Source: Paragordius varius | Lineage: Eukaryota > Animalia > Nematomorpha | Assembly: GCA_964247055.1 (NCBI GenBank) | Contig: OZ176055.1 | Span: forward strand, 1,922,001-1,986,000 | Direction: 5' to 3' | Length of the DNA stretch: 64,000 nucleotides | In this document: one piece after another, positions 13,301 through 24,218 of the stretch | Layout of the letters: each line of letters begins with the position of its first letter | Numbering within the stretch: position 1 is the stretch's first letter | The notes under the pieces: generated by a model | Told to the model about the DNA's origin: nothing | Database searches by the model: none | The model's input: the letters and a program-made list of their open reading frames with translations, nothing else | Translations under genes and position numbers: made by a program

Positions 13301-14926
13301 TGGTGGAGGTTCCGGAGGTGGCGGTGGGAACTCTAATAATAATGGAGGAGGTGGTGGAGGTTCCGGAGGTGGCGGTGGGAACTCTAATAATAATGGAGGA
13401 GGTGGTGGAAATTCCGGAGGTGGCGGTGGGAACTCTAATAATAATGGAGGAGGTGGTGGAAATTCCGGAGGTGGCGGTGGGAACTCTAATAATAATGGAG
13501 GAGGTGGTGGAAATTCCGGAGGGGGCGGTGGGAACTCTAGTAATAATGGAGGAGGTGGTGGAAATTCCGGAGGTGGCGGTGGGAACTCTAATAATAATGG
13601 AGGAGGTGGTGGAGGTTCCGGAGGTGGCGGTGGGAACTCTAATAATAATGGAGGAGGTGGTGGAAATTCCGGAGGTGGCGGTGGGAACTCTAATAATAAT
13701 GGAGGAGGTGGTGGAAATTCCGGAGGTGGCGGTGGGAGCTCTAATAATAATGGAGGAGGTGGTGGAGGTTCCGGAGGTGGCGGTGGGAACTCTAATAATA
13801 ATGGAGGAGGTGGTGGAGGTTCCGGAGGTGGCGGTAAGAACTCTAATAATAATGGAGGAGGTGGTGGAGGTTCAAGAGGTGGCGGTGGACCCAATGCTGG
13901 GGGTGGCCGTGGCGGTGGTAATGGAGGCCGAGGTGGTGGGCCGGTTGTACCATTCAGAACAAATCGTCCTGGAGGTGGAAGAGGAACACCCAGAGGTGGC
14001 GGGCGTGATAATGATGGCTCAAATGATGATTCAAATGATGGCTCAGATGATGGATCAAATGATAGAAGGGGTACACGTAATGGCGTTAGAACAACCCGTT
14101 CAGCAGGAGGGATGACTAGGCGTACAAGAAATCCTGCAGGTGGTATATTTGTGCTCAATAGAATTTGTGTTTATTCTTTAGTAATTATATGGTTATTATT
14201 GAATTATAATAGCCTTAATATAAATAAATAAAGATATTTTGTAAAAAAATTAATATGAACTTGGTAGGAATAAAATTTTACGATGCTAAATCACGTTGAT
14301 AAATGGAATATAATCTTACAATAAATGTAAATTTCAAAAAAACCTTGTGGGATATGGGTATACATAACAAATATACAAATTTTAAATCGTCATTTTATGA
14401 GCAGGCGAATGTAAAAGTTTTAACTACTTAATATAAATTCTTATTATTTAACGGCACAAGAGCCAATTTTATAATTAAAATTAATGCAATATATTAGAAC
14501 AATTATTAATTTCTATTTTACCTTAAAGGTGTGTTGAATCTATATAAAAAATAATAAAAATGCCATTATTTAATATATATTTTATCTGATAAAGGATCTC
14601 CCGTTAGATCTACACGATTTCGATCTAGTAGAAGAACAGCGAGAAATCCAAATGGTAATGATCTACGATTCACACAACGTGTTACGTCGCGACCTAGAAA
14701 CTCTCGAAGAACGATAAGAGGCAACAACGATTTGTCAAGACGTGGGTCAAGGACACCAAGAGTTACTCAGGGCAATCGAAGACGAACACCCCGAGTTACA
14801 TCTGGATTAAGGAGAACTGCAAGGGGAAGAAATCTTAATAGAACAACCAGAGTAAAACCAGTAAGAAGTACAAGAATGGGTCTTAATAACCGTTCAACAA
14901 GAAGGACAAGACCACCACCTGCATAA
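10380..14926 (+). CDS. Secreted glycine-rich repetitive protein with Arg-rich C-terminal tail (4 exons, ~825 aa)
   Basis: Exons 10380-10455 (MGRQASFWCVGVLLVLVLVQHTMQQ, signal-peptide-like, GT donor), 11433-11480 (DTHEEILGIYQKLKSA), 12121-14142 (Gly/Ser/Asn repeats; donor could be 3 nt earlier) and 14595-14926 (Arg-rich, AAG acceptor, TAA). All introns are phase 1 and the 2478-nt total is divisible by 3. Confidence 0.75.
12121..13262 (+). repeat. Coding low-complexity (G4-8 S / GGGGGGSN) repeat block
   Basis: GGN codon runs punctuated by TCT/TCC and AAT; frame kept open throughout. Confidence 0.9.
13263..13874 (+). repeat. 12 x 51-bp coding tandem repeat (GGGGGNSNNNGGGGG[N/G]S)
   Basis: Unit ggaggtggcggtgggaactctaataataatggaggaggtggtggaaattcc, counted 12 times in the translation. 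Confidence 0.92.
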
Positions 14927-15701
14927 AATATTTTAATATATCATTTATAATCTCTATATATTGTTAGTGTAGACGCTATTTTATCACATGAGCACTTATT
15001 TTATAAACTGGCTTATCGAAATTATTTAAATATTATTTGACAATAAATATGCTTGCTTAAACTTTGACATAGTTTTTCAATATAATTAAATCTATCTTCA
15101 GCGATTCAACATAACTGGATTATACAAGATATTGGGGTTATTAAATGCACATTCTATGGTATTTTCGGTGCATAATTAAATTGGTAAAAATCCTCACCTC
15201 AAACTTTCAATTTTTGGTATTCTGTAAATAATAAAACCGGCAAATCAAAATGTATATTGGTTAAAAATAAATTTTAACTTTCAATTTCTTATTACATTAT
15301 GACAATGATATACAAGTAAGCTTAAAATCAATATATATCTGCGCACAAAATCGGAAACATAAAAAATATTTTGATAAAATATATATATTCTGATAATATA
15401 TGTTCAGGATTCTCATTGTGCTTTTGGTTTTGGGGCTTATGAGTATAAGAATCATTTTTACTTTTGTGCTAATTGCTCGATATCGAATCCAAATTAGCCC
15501 ACATATTTAATATAAAAGCTGAATGCTTCATTCCATTTATCACTAAAATATATCATAAACTACATATAAAAAGCAAAACATTATTTAAAATTTTAAATTC
15601 TAGATGTGAGCTCGAAAGTACCAAATTTCGCTCTCCTAAAATAATTTATTTCTATTTAAATAAACGCAAAAATGCCGGGATTGCACGATAGAATTTTTTA
15701 A

Positions 15702-16215
15702 CACTTCGACTCAAAATGAAGTATTTGACTGCCCCAGACTATATTTAAGTTGATAATTTTAAGAAACTACTGAAAGAAACGGTCCCAATATAAATTTATG
15801 CTTCTATCCTAATAATTATATAAATAAGCCAAAATACTTAAATAAAATTTTGAAAAAAAGTTCCATATCAAACAACTTCGACGCCATTTTTATTTTACGA
15901 CATTTTTACAAAATTCGTGTTTATTTATAAAAATTAAATCTATTTAATTTAAATCACTTCTAACATTGCTAGGAACAGAAAAGTGGTTTATTATGTATCA
16001 ATTTTAAATTTATATGATTCACATGACATGTTGACTAAATGTTTACCTTTAAGTTTTACCTTAAAAATAAGTTTCAAGTATTTTATATAAGTGCAAACTT
16101 TGCCATGGTTTCGATTCCTTTCATATTTTTTGAATTATTTAATTTTAAACAGGCCTGGGTTATAACTACCCCAAGTTGAATCGAAGGACTAAAATGAATG
16201 TGTTGTATCCAAGTG
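15702..16215 (-). mobile_element. TTAA-flanked MITE (R2), reverse orientation
   Basis: ttaa|cacttcgactcaaa...ttgtatccaagtg; colinear with the reverse complement of 56724-57301. Confidence 0.8.
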
Positions 16216-16741
16216 TAAATATATTCTAGATTGTGGCATCAAAAAAACATATTTAAAAATGCATACGTTTCTTAAAATTTAATTTTTAGCATTTTGTTGA
16301 AGCCCTTCATACTAATTTGATGCAAGATAGAAACAGTATAAAAACGCTTCAAGATGTTATGAAACACTTTTTCCATATAATTCGATGATGTTGAATATTT
16401 CTACACCTCAGAGTTTTTATATAAGGTTTAAAATTTATTTGAATAAATATTGGTTTTTTTACAAAAATTAACCTACATTTTTAAGAAAACGAACCTTTAA
16501 ATTTTAATACAGAAGAAATCTTTAGTATTGTTGAATTTTATAAAAGTTATAGTATCTCCTTTGCTATAAATAAAATTTTTGAGGAAAATTATCCATTTTG
16601 CGAAAAAAATTATTTTCAATGTCAAAAATTGGCATATCTAAAATTTTATCGCAACAGCTCGGTATCATTGCGTTATTTTTAATAGAACTAGCCCATTTTA
16701 AAAAGGCGAAATAAAAGACTTTCGGACCTACGTCTAAAATT

Positions 16742-17256
16742 AAAATTGAAAAAGGGGACAATAAAATGATCCACATATGTGGATTATTTCGAAACATTAT
16801 TTAATATCTATGATCTTATAGGAATTTTAAAAGGGTGCATTCATGCTAATATGTTGTTTACATGGGGGAAAAATAAATTCAAAATATTTTTTGGATTTTA
16901 TGAAAAAAATGGCATGTTACGGGGGAAGCGGGTAAAAAGAGGCCTAAATTAAAAAAGCGAGCCGACTACCTTCGGCGCAATCGAAAATAAGTAAACAAAA
17001 ATCATATTTGAAATTGAATGGTCCAACACGTTCTCCGGAAAATTGTCTCAAAGACACGATTTTTTCTGTTTTCAAAAAACCCGTTTTTTACAAGGGGTGG
17101 GCCCGAACTGGGGGCTTAATTCAAAAAAAGGGCGAAGCTATTGTCGGGGCATTTATTAACGATTATATTTTTTCGATATTTGGATTTGAATGGATCCACC
17201 GGTTTTCCGGAAACAGATCACAAGCCAGGATTTTCCATTTTTATAAATATATAGAT
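16742..17256 (+). mobile_element. Helitron/Helentron-like non-autonomous repeat (R1), 5'-truncated copy
   Basis: Colinear with 32120-32649; ends catttttataaatatatagat. Confidence 0.65.
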
Positions 17257-17479
17257 TACGATAAATAGTGTTTTATTATCCATATATTTTTTAACATCCT
17301 ATACATATGATAGATAAATAAATAGTCTGATTGATCATTTAAATCTCGTTTGAATTTTGAGATAGACAATTTTATTTGAAATGAGCATAATATATTTTTA
17401 ATTTTATAAGCAATTTTGTTATGCGGCACGAAGTTTTAAAATGATTCACATAGTCTCATATTCTGAAATTTGGCTTAAA

Positions 17480-18285
17480 GGCATGCTGTATCAATATGAT
17501 AGCGCACTTGTAGGCGGGTAGACCCCTACCCAGAGGCCAATATAAAAATGTAGTTAAATAAAAAATATTGCCTTTATACATGGAATCAGCGTTCATTCCT
17601 AATAGTTTATGGAAGAATGGCTTTAAAACTAATAATAGTTCAATGATAGCGCATTTTTAGGGAGTAAAGGGCCTATTTAAAGGCTAATTCAAAAAATCCG
17701 CTCGACTAAAATTTTTGATTTTTTACGGGTAATTTAAGCAGCTATTGAACTCATATGGCCTGATAGGTTTTCAGAAATTTAGCCCCAAAAGCACGCTGTT
17801 TCGATATGACTGGTCAGTTTTTCGCGGGTAGCTCCTTACTCAGCTGCTATCATCAAAGAAACGCTTGATTAAAATTTTTGCCTTTTAACAGCGAATACGT
17901 AAATCCTTATTAAATTTTTACAGTCTCATACCTTTGGCGATAAATAGAATGAATAAATTATTTTTGTGGATTTGTTTTTTATTTGAAAAAATATCATTTT
18001 ACGGGGGAAGCGGGTAAAAAGAGGGCCTAAATTAAAAAATCGAGCCGACTATGTTCGGCGCAATCGAAAATAAGTAAACAAAAATCATATTTAAAATTGA
18101 GGTCCAACACCCGTTTTTTACACAGGGTGGGCCCGAACTGGGGGCCTAATTCATAAAAAGGGCGGAGCTATTGTCGGGGCATTTATTAATGATTATATTT
18201 TTTTCGACATTTGGATTTGAATGGGTTTACCGATTTTCCGGAAACAGATCACAAAGCCAGCATTTTCCATTTTTATTAATATATA
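17480..18285 (+). mobile_element. R1 family long variant with internal subrepeats
   Basis: 3' part (acggggaagcgggtaaaaagagggcc...cacaaagccagc) matches 16918-17240; the additional 5' block matches 30845-31160. Confidence 0.65.
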
Positions 18286-18560
18286 TATGATATATTTTTG
18301 TGATTTTTTGAATGAAGCATTTTTTACGAAAAAATGTGCGCAAATTTTGCCATTTCTGAAATGGAGCACTTACATAAAAGTGTAAATTTTTAACATTCAT
18401 GAGGGTTAAACCAAAATGATAATCCTGATACATTTTCCTATGAGAATATATATACCATGGCTTTTTAAACTTTTGTGAGTCGCGACCCCATTTATGATCG
18501 CATATTTCTTGGCGACCCCAATAAATACAAAAGAAAAATAAATTAATATTTTTTGATGAT

Positions 18561-18763
18561 TGTTAGAGGCTAATTTGAATAGAATTGTTAAACACACTAC
18601 ATTCGTTATATATCAGTGCATTAACCTATTAACTTATCTGTATACTATTATTATATTGTTATAACCTCCCCACCACTTGTGATTATTATTATACTTTGAG
18701 ATAATTGTATATAAGCAAACATCTTACCTTGATATATGTGAATACATTAAACCTAATTATCGT

Positions 18764-18808
<45 letters not shown>

Positions 18809-18889
18809 TCATGATATAACGCGCAGTTGTTTTTGTGATATACAATATTTTGTGATATACAATAAATACCTTGCCTTCCCCAAATATTA
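18561..18889 (+). repeat. 5' LTR of element C
   Basis: tgttagaggc...ccccaaatatta, followed by t and the PBS. Confidence 0.9.
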
Positions 18890-18905
18890 TTGGTGGCCAA
18901 AAGAT

Positions 18906-21900
18906 ATGACAGACGAACCAATGAACACCACAGCTCCCCATGCTGTATTGCGAATTTAGCCATAGAAAAATATAACGATAATAATAAATTTGAAGAGTAC
19001 CTCGAGTACATTAGCAACGTACTCGAGGCAAAGGATATTCCAGTAACCGAAAGAACACTCAAATCAACGATACTGGCATATGGCGGATTTATGATAGTAA
19101 GAAAGATTAACCAACACCTTTATCCCAAGAAAATAAAAGACGCCACATGGGCGGAGATCACGGAAACAGGCAAAAAAATATTCAATCCGACAAAATCAAA
19201 ATTCCAAAGTCGTTTTGAATTTTATAGGCTGGTACGCAACGAGGGTGAAAGTTTTACCCAATTCCTTGAGCGTGTCAAGATAGGAGCTAAAGAAGCTCAA
19301 TTTACTGAAGCGATAGAACAACGTATTCGTGATGCATTCGTAATAGGACTGCGACAGCCTCAACTAGAGATGGATATCCATTCCAGGTATCCAGATGCTT
19401 TGATAAACGGTATTCCTGTTAAACTAGAAACAATCGTAGATCTCGCACTAGCACATGAGTCTGCTAAGGCTGGATTACAGAATAACAATAATAATAATAA
19501 CAATAGCAACCGATATAGTAGCAATAATAATATCAATCGTTTACAACACAATAAATCCAATCGACAAACAATAATAAAACCTTCTACCACATGTAAATAT
19601 TGCGGCACCACACACCCACCCAACAAGTGTCCAGCCTGGAGACGATCCTGCAACAAATGCGGAAAGCTAAACCATTTTGCGAGAATGTGTGTAGCCAAAA
19701 AACAAAGACCGCACTTCAATAGGCAATTGTTGAAGGAAGTTAACGTGGGTCATAAGGCGCTAACTCCCTTACTGATAACACTAGTAATAAATGGGTTAAA
19801 AAAAGATTTTATATATGATACCGGTTCGGACATCAGTGTAATAAACTTTGCCACATGGGAGCAAATGGGTAAACCCAAGCTGCATCCGACACCCCCAGTA
19901 AAATCGTACAACAATACCACAGTGCCAATGATGGGGACGGCAAGTGTCAAAGTCCAAGTAAATGGTAAACAAATGGTCGGGGACATATGTGTCCTATGCA
20001 AAACGATGGGAATGGCCCCGCTAATCTGTGGACTGGACTGGATGGCGAAATTCCAGATTGAGATGCCACAGGTTAAAGTTAATTATCTTAAATTGAATGA
20101 GATTTGTGAAAATTTTAAAAATTTATTCGAAAATAAGCTAGGGTGTTATAAGGACCCTGTAAAAATTCGCATTGCAGCGAATGCGATCCCGAAAGTATGG
20201 CCATGTCGCAGGGTGCCTTTTCCATTAAGAGAAAAGGTGGAGAAAGAGCTGACGAGGCTAGAAAAGTTAGGCATTTTAGAACCGGTTGATCCTAACACCA
20301 CACCTGTGACATGGGCCACGCCTACGGTTAATGTACTTAAACCGAATGGCGAATTAAGAATATTTTCGGGTAACGATTAATAAGTGGTTGCAAGAAGACT
20401 CCCACATAATTTCCACGTTTGATGAGTTGGTGTCGAAAATAGGTGAAGGTATCACATTCACGAAAATTGATTTAAAAGATGCTTACCTCCAGATGCCAGT
20501 GGCAGAGGAGTGTCAAGAATTGTTAACTATCTCAACACATAAGGGTTTTTTTAGATACAAACGCATGCCGTTTGGACTGGCCACGGCACCGATCATCTTC
20601 CAAAGAGTGATGGAAAAAGTGCTGGCTGAAAGTCCGGGAACTTGCGTATATTTAGATGACGTCCTAGTGACTGGTAGGACGGAAAATGAGCACATTAACA
20701 ATTTAAATAACGTATTAAGTCGTCTCGATAAGGCCGGATTTAAATTAAGACAAGATAAAATAATGATAGGCGCAGATTTAGGATTTGAAATATCGAAAAA
20801 GGGAATAAGTCCCTGTGAAAGCAAAATTAAAGCAATCAAGGAACTAAAAAGGCCGGTAGATAAAAAGTCGTTACGTAGCTTTTTAGGTTTTTTGACATTT
20901 CATGAACGCTTTATACCAAAATTACAAATGATAGTCGATCCCTTACATGAATTAACTAGTAAAAATACGAGATGGTATTGGACTGAGAAACATGAGAAAA
21001 GCTGGTTAGCAGCTAAGAATTTGTTAAGCGAAAAAGTGTTTTTAACACCATATAATTCGAATAGGAAATTGATAATAGAAACTGATGTAGGATTCGGATG
21101 TATTCTAAGTCATGAAATTAATAGTGAAAGGTTACCGATAGCGTATGCCTCACAAAAATGTAGCAACGCTGAAAGGAATTATTCCACGATAGAAAAGGAA
21201 TTAAAAGCAATATTATTTGCGTTAAGAAAGTTTCATAGTTTCATATATGGTAGAAAATTTACAATATTAACTGACCATTTACCCTTAGTAAAGTTGATAA
21301 ATAGAGATAGAAATTTAAAAGAGATACATAATGCGAAAATTCTAAGGTGGATTAATATGATAAATGAATACGACTTTGAAATAAGTCATCAAAAAGGGGC
21401 TCAAAATAGAGCTGATTATTTATCGAGATGGCCGATTGACGAGATCGTTGCCTATGATGAAGATTATGCGGTTACCAGATATTTGAGATTTTTGAATTGT
21501 CATAACGTGCGGTTAAGCCGAGATGAAATTCGAAAAGAAACGGCATTAGATGCAGTATTACAAAAAGTAATTAAAGCGTTAAACAACCATGACTGGAGTT
21601 CTCCAGAATTAAAAAAAGTTTGTAAACCGTAAAGACGAGTTGGCATATCAATATGGCTTATTAAGTTTAAATGATCGGATTGTAATTCCGAAGCCCCTCC
21701 AAAAAGAGGTGGTGAGATACCTACACAGCGGGCATAACAACGTAGAGACCATGAAAGCGGTGGCCAGATTTACGTGTTATTGGCCAGAATTAGAAAATGA
21801 CCAGGTAAAAGCCAGTAGTCAATGCGAATCGTGCCAACGTAGTAGGCCGAATGTCACTCAGAATTCCACGTATCAGTGGGATCATAATGTTGCTGTGTGG

Positions 21901-22515
21901 GAGCGTTTGCAGATAATTGATAGTGCCTCGAAATGGGCAGAAGGATTTATGTTGAAAAAGGTAACCGCAGCGAATATAATCCACAAATTAGAAGAAACGT
22001 TTGCAAGGTTTGGCTTTGCAAGAGAGATTGTGAGCGATAACGCTTCATATTTCAGTAACGAGTACTTTACGTCAACATTAAGTACGTTAGGGGTGAAACA
22101 TATTAAGGTTACCCCATACCACCCTAAGAGTAATGGGATGGTAGAAAGGTTAGTAGGTACAATAAAAAATAAATACAAAAGAATAAAAAACAATGGGTTA
22201 TCCACCCACGAAGCGTTTAACACTAGCTTATGGGCGTATAGAAATTCTATACACTCAACAACGAAAGAAACCCCGGCCCAGTTAATGTTTAAGCGTACCC
22301 CCCATAAGCCCTTAACCTGGTTAAATAGTATGGAGAGATTGTTAGATGCACCGGCCCCCCGACGGCAATTTGCCATTAATGACCAGGTAATGATTAAAAA
22401 TGAATTAAGTCCAGGGTGGCGCGCCGGAGAGATTACGGACCGTACAGGGTTATTTTCATACAAGGTATGGGACAAGGACCGAGACAAGGTTGTGAGGAAA
22501 ACGCTGACCAAATAG
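18906..22515 (+). pseudogene. gag-pol of element C, broken into three ORFs
   Basis: ATG at 18906 is out of frame with the gag body. Twin knuckles CKYCGTTH...CNKCGKLNHFARMC, protease YDTGS, RT YLDDV, RNase H lacking DAS (ETDVGFG), and integrase HSGH...CESC whose HxDxAGP segment is deleted. ORF pieces: 18890-20380, 20388-21632, 21640-22515. Confidence 0.9.
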
Positions 22516-22789
22516 TACTACAACCACAACCACAGCCGACCACTTCCAGCAACACAAATGAGGAGGAGGTAACCACTCCCACGGATGATGGAACAATCGC
22601 TGAAACGCAACCAAACACGATCAATGCAAGGGAAGAAATGGAACCAATTACTCCGACAGCCGAAAGTCCAAATAATGATAATACCCAGAAACCTGAGACT
22701 ATCTACTCGCCCGCTAAAACACAAGAACGGAGGTACCCGACGAGAAGTCGGCAGAAACCTGCCCGCTTTCGTTAAGGAGGGGGAAGTGA

Positions 22790-23098
22790 TGTTAGAGGCT
22801 AATTTGAATAGACTTGTTAAACACACTACATTCGTTATATATCAGTGCATTAACCTATTAACTTATCTGTATACTATTATTATATTGTTATAACCTTCCC
22901 ACCACTTGTGATTATTATTATAATTTGAGATAATTGTATATAAGCAAACATCTTACCTTGATATATGTGAATACATTAAACCTAATTATCGTAGATATAT
23001 ATATATATATATAGAGATCATGATATAACGCGCAGTGGTTTTTGTGATATACAATATTTTGTGATTTACAATAAATACCTTGCCATCCCCAAATATTA
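22790..23098 (+). repeat. 3' LTR of element C
   Basis: Follows the PPT; tgttagaggc...ccccaaatatta. Confidence 0.9.
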
Positions 23099-24218
23099 AT
23101 AATATATTTTTTAAGAACAATATACATATGCATATGAAATATATAAATTTAGAATTAGTTTTTAAACCTTAAAAATCATAATTTAAATTTGCAATATTCA
23201 GATTATAATATATTGTATAAATTTACTATGAATCAGAAGATGTTATTTATAAAAAATACATATATTTTAGCTCTTAAAACCGAAATAATTATTGTTATTG
23301 AAGGACGAGATAGAAATATTTTTAACTGAATGAAAATGAGAATTTGTTGCTTTTTTTGAAATGACTTGTGGCTATCCAAGTGTTATTTGTCGGATATTTT
23401 TGCGAAGTAAACGATCCCAACTTGTATCTTCAATGAAAAATATGCATATATATACTTCAAGTGATAAAATTGTAAATTTTATTAAAAAGATCAGCATTTG
23501 GAAAAGTAGAGTTGAAAAAAATTCGTTTGAAATGTTTTCCAATGTCTATAATTTTGTAATTGAGAAAATTAATTGTAAAACTTGTATTGAATATTGTTAT
23601 CACTAAAAAGCGCTAGAAATACATTCCCTGACATATTTTTTATTAAATATTAATAAAAAAATTATTTAGATTCAGCCTTGGATTGGATTAAGTAAGATTG
23701 ATCATCTGCCACTTAAAACTTAAGAAGAATTTGCTAAGCTTCTGTGTGACTCAAACTTAAAACTACAATTCCAAAAAAATCCCTTGAAGGAATTCTGGAT
23801 CTAAACTAGAACTGAATTAATCGCCGACATGAAATGTATTTCTGCCATTCAACACCACATATTTATGTGGAACTTTTTCAGTTTTAACAAACATTAAATC
23901 CCAATATCGTTCAGTGATAAAAAATATTGAAGAGGTTTTACGTAGTTTCAAACATTACACCAAGATTTGATGTTATGCATAAATTTTTACCTAAACCTTA
24001 ATTTAATATTTACCATGCAATACTTGAATATATTCGATTAGGACGCTCAGAATCCATTTTGTTTTCCAAACTGTAATAAAATTTCTATAACATTTTGTGC
24101 AAATTCAAGTTTAGATTTTTTGTAAAACGACTAAAATTATATATTTTAATATGCATGTGCATATTTTTACATAATATTTTATATCAAAAAATATTGATTT
24201 ATTTTTTTTGAAGCCCTG

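Larger units (their letters stand above)
18561..23098 (+). mobile_element. Full-length Ty3/gypsy LTR retrotransposon, Mag-like (element C)
   Basis: LTRs 18561-18889 and 22790-23098 are near-identical apart from (TA)n length. PBS tggtggcc at 18891, PPT aaggagggggaag at 22774-22786, flanks atgat/ataat (5-bp TSD, one mismatch). Confidence 0.93.
18456..24218 (+). mobile_element. Internally deleted Buster/Charlie-like hAT element carrying gypsy element C
   Basis: Ends catggctttttaaac / gaagccctg resemble the caggggttcttaaac TIR at 26497. gtcgcgacccc subterminal motif present. Degraded transposase C-terminus on + at 23296-23990. Candidate TSD gaatatat (18444-18451 plus 4 extra nt; 24219-24226). 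Confidence 0.6.

Noticed and set aside
12127-14115. 662-aa Val/Glu-rich ORF in a second + frame
   Set aside because: Shifted reading of the same repeat; its phase does not fit the acceptor at 12120.
12092-14158. 688-aa poly-proline ORF on the - strand
   Set aside because: It is the automatic antisense of GGN repeats (NCC codons, no stops). The + frame has signal, splice and terminal exon support; this one has none.
18753-19062. ORFs containing YIYIYI
   Set aside because: Translations of the (TA)n microsatellite in the LTR; likewise the upstream part of ORFs 56040-56420 and 56239-56451.
21882-22511. 209-aa antisense ORF within element C
   Set aside because: Antisense shadow of the integrase ORF; no recognisable motifs.
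22416-22775. 119-aa Thr/Pro/Glu-rich ORF after integrase as a possible env or extra gene
   Set aside because: It reads as the frameshifted low-complexity integrase tail typical of these elements (ends RRYPTRSRQKPARF before the PPT); no signal peptide or TM segment.
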